64,000 bases of DNA, taken from Somniosus microcephalus (Eukaryota). The notes under the pieces were generated by a model. It was not told the DNA's origin and made no database searches. It saw only the letters and a program-made list of their open reading frames with translations. This document shows positions 62,211 to 64,000 of this stretch, in pieces; the first letter of the stretch is position 1, and each line of letters starts with the position of its first letter. A program made the translations under genes and the position numbers. The DNA is taken from the NCBI GenBank assembly GCA_052327205.1, contig CM126220.1:39804001-39868000 (forward strand). The letters run 5' to 3'.

Positions 62211-63155
62211 CTTGCTACCTTCAGAAAGTTTTAAAGCTTCACTGATTTTCATTTGTGACTCAATGGCCACAAGTGTCTCTTCAAGTCTTTTGATTTCCTC
62301 TTTACCTTGTGCCTCAACTTCTTGCAGCAATTCATATTCCATTACCTTCTGTTCAGCTGCTGTCACTTTAGCTGTTAGGGCCTCTACAATTTGTGCCTGT
62401 TCATTGCTCTTAGCCTGCAACACTTGCAGTTCCTTTACCTTCAGTTTAGTGTCCTGTAGCTTTGTCAAGGTCTCTTCCATCTCTACCAGGTGTTGATTTG
62501 TAGCAGATTCCAGTTGAGACTTCAGAATTTCTATATCTTTCTCCTTCTCCGCAGTGACTGCTAATAGCCGAGATTTTAGATCTTCAGTCTCTTTTACGTA
62601 GGCAGACTTTTCGAAATCTTGCTTAATTTTGATATTCTCAAGTTCCATTTGATGCTCTGTTTTAAGCTTTTCAAAGGTACTCTTCAGCTCTAGAAGCTCT
62701 GTAGTTTGGGGACCTGCTCCTTTACTGAAAGATAACTTGAGTTCTTCCATGGCTTGCTGATGAGATTCAATTGCAGACTCCAGCTTACATTGCCATAGAC
62801 TAATAACCTCCGCGTTTTCAATATTGGCTTGATCCAATTTGGACTTAAGAGTCTCATTCTCCTTGGATATTTTTTCACTGGCAGCTTGCAGTTGTTGAAG
62901 TACCTTTTGGTGAGCTTTTTCTGAAGTTTCAAGTTTTTCTTTCAATGTATTAAGTTCATTTTGATGTTCTTTGCTCATTGTTGCAAGTTTATCTCGCATA
63001 CAGTTGATTTCTTCCAGTAGAGGTGAGGCACTGTCCATACCACCTGAACCTTCAGTGCTCATGAGTCTATGTCGAAGCTCCGAGACCTCCTTCGTGCGTG
63101 ACACAAGATCCCTTTCTAGATCCATAATCCGAGACTTCTCAGATACTGTGGCCAC
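62211..63155 (-). CDS. CLIP1: CLIP1 exon, 945 nt, phase 0-0 (VATVSEKSRIMDLE...LSEGSK)
   Basis: Acceptor tatag|GTG, donor AAG|gtttgt. The ORF 62148..63155 translation matches the large CLIP1 coiled-coil exon (SHQQAMEELKLSFSKG, QHLVEMEETL). Confidence 0.96.
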
Positions 63156-63439
63156 CTATAGTGCATTTCCCACCCCCAAGGAAACACAAATATAACTAAG
63201 TGAAATATACTGACATACATTTTCATATTTCTTTACAATTAATACATTTAATTTTATAATAGTTGAGACCATTTTATTCCCATAACTAATATCACTAAGC
63301 AAATTATTGCAATACTATCATTCAATGGCCTTGCTAACAAGTTAAAAGTTCAAATAGACCAACTGCACATTTAATTAGCTATAACCAGTATAGCTCTTTC
63401 AGTTTTGATGTGGAATATACGTCAATAATTTTGTAGTTC

Positions 63440-63825
63440 CTCCAGCAGCTGTGTGGGAAAGAAATCATGTAGTGTGATGCTCAGCTATACGGACCAGCAA
63501 AGTCCTAGACTCAATTCCTTGTCCGTGATACTAGATAGTATCAGCTGGGGTAGTGGTGAAGGCTCACCAATTCGACATGGTATGCCTTGATTACAGAGTG
63601 AAAGGTCAGCCTGGGCCCCCACTCTTGATCACTGTGCAGTGAAACCTGCCAGAAAGTGTGGCGTGCTAACAGGACTGGGTTTGACTGACACCCTTTACCC
63701 TTGAATAGGCTGCGGACACTCACTATCTAGACACACACATGAATAATGGCCACCCAGGCAGGGGTACCAAAGGGCTGCCACTGCCCATGGAATTGTACCC
63801 TGGCATGCATCACTATCCCCAGGAA
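63440..63825 (+). mobile_element. Unclassified degraded SINE-like repeat; related minus-strand copies at about 57310-57540 and 42290-42445
   Basis: A tgatcacta/gt.cagtga core is shared by all three loci. Confidence 0.45.
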
Positions 63826-64000
63826 AAGGGGGGTGAGGAGGGGGGTTAGAGAAGAAAAAGAGAGTATTTAATTCCTTCACATTTGTATACAGAGCAAGTT
63901 ACATGAAAAACCATGCCTCAAATAGTAAACAAAAGCCATGTACAAAAGATAAAGAGAGTCCAAAGAAATGTTTGCTGCAGCACATGACAAGAACTTTTCT

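Larger units (their letters stand above)
4092..63155 (-). other. CLIP1: CLIP1 (CLIP-170/restin) gene, internal multi-exon portion encoding the coiled-coil stalk; the gene extends beyond both window ends
   Basis: 13 exons with AG/GT boundaries splice in frame. Peptides match recalled human CLIP1 in order, e.g. [70 protein letters not shown]. Confidence 0.96.

Overview
Eukaryotic, AT-rich, intron-dominated vertebrate DNA; the repeat families (HER1/CR1-like LINEs, DeuSINE, Penelope) point to a cartilaginous fish, probably a shark. The window is an internal part of one minus-strand gene, CLIP1 (CLIP-170/restin). I traced 13 exons with GT-AG boundaries and consistent phases, from the 945-nt VATVSEKS exon (63155) to the RESLLKK...LRKE exon (4092). 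The CAP-Gly N-terminus and zinc-knuckle C-terminus lie outside the window. Most notable: (1) a 2286-nt giant exon whose coiled coil contains four copies of a motif spaced exactly 516 nt (172 aa) apart, with a possible read-through and intronic poly(A) exit; (2) a 21-nt microexon (SLPNNTLR) plus weaker microexon and poison-exon candidates; (3) several RFX X-box motifs in the introns. The rest is decayed or nested CR1, L2-like, RTE and Penelope elements (one with a hammerhead-like motif), SINEs, hAT and Tc1/mariner MITEs, a putative solo LTR and a 29-bp minisatellite. No prokaryotic system, CRISPR array, rRNA or tRNA gene is supported. Homology statements come from my recall of known sequences, not from searches.
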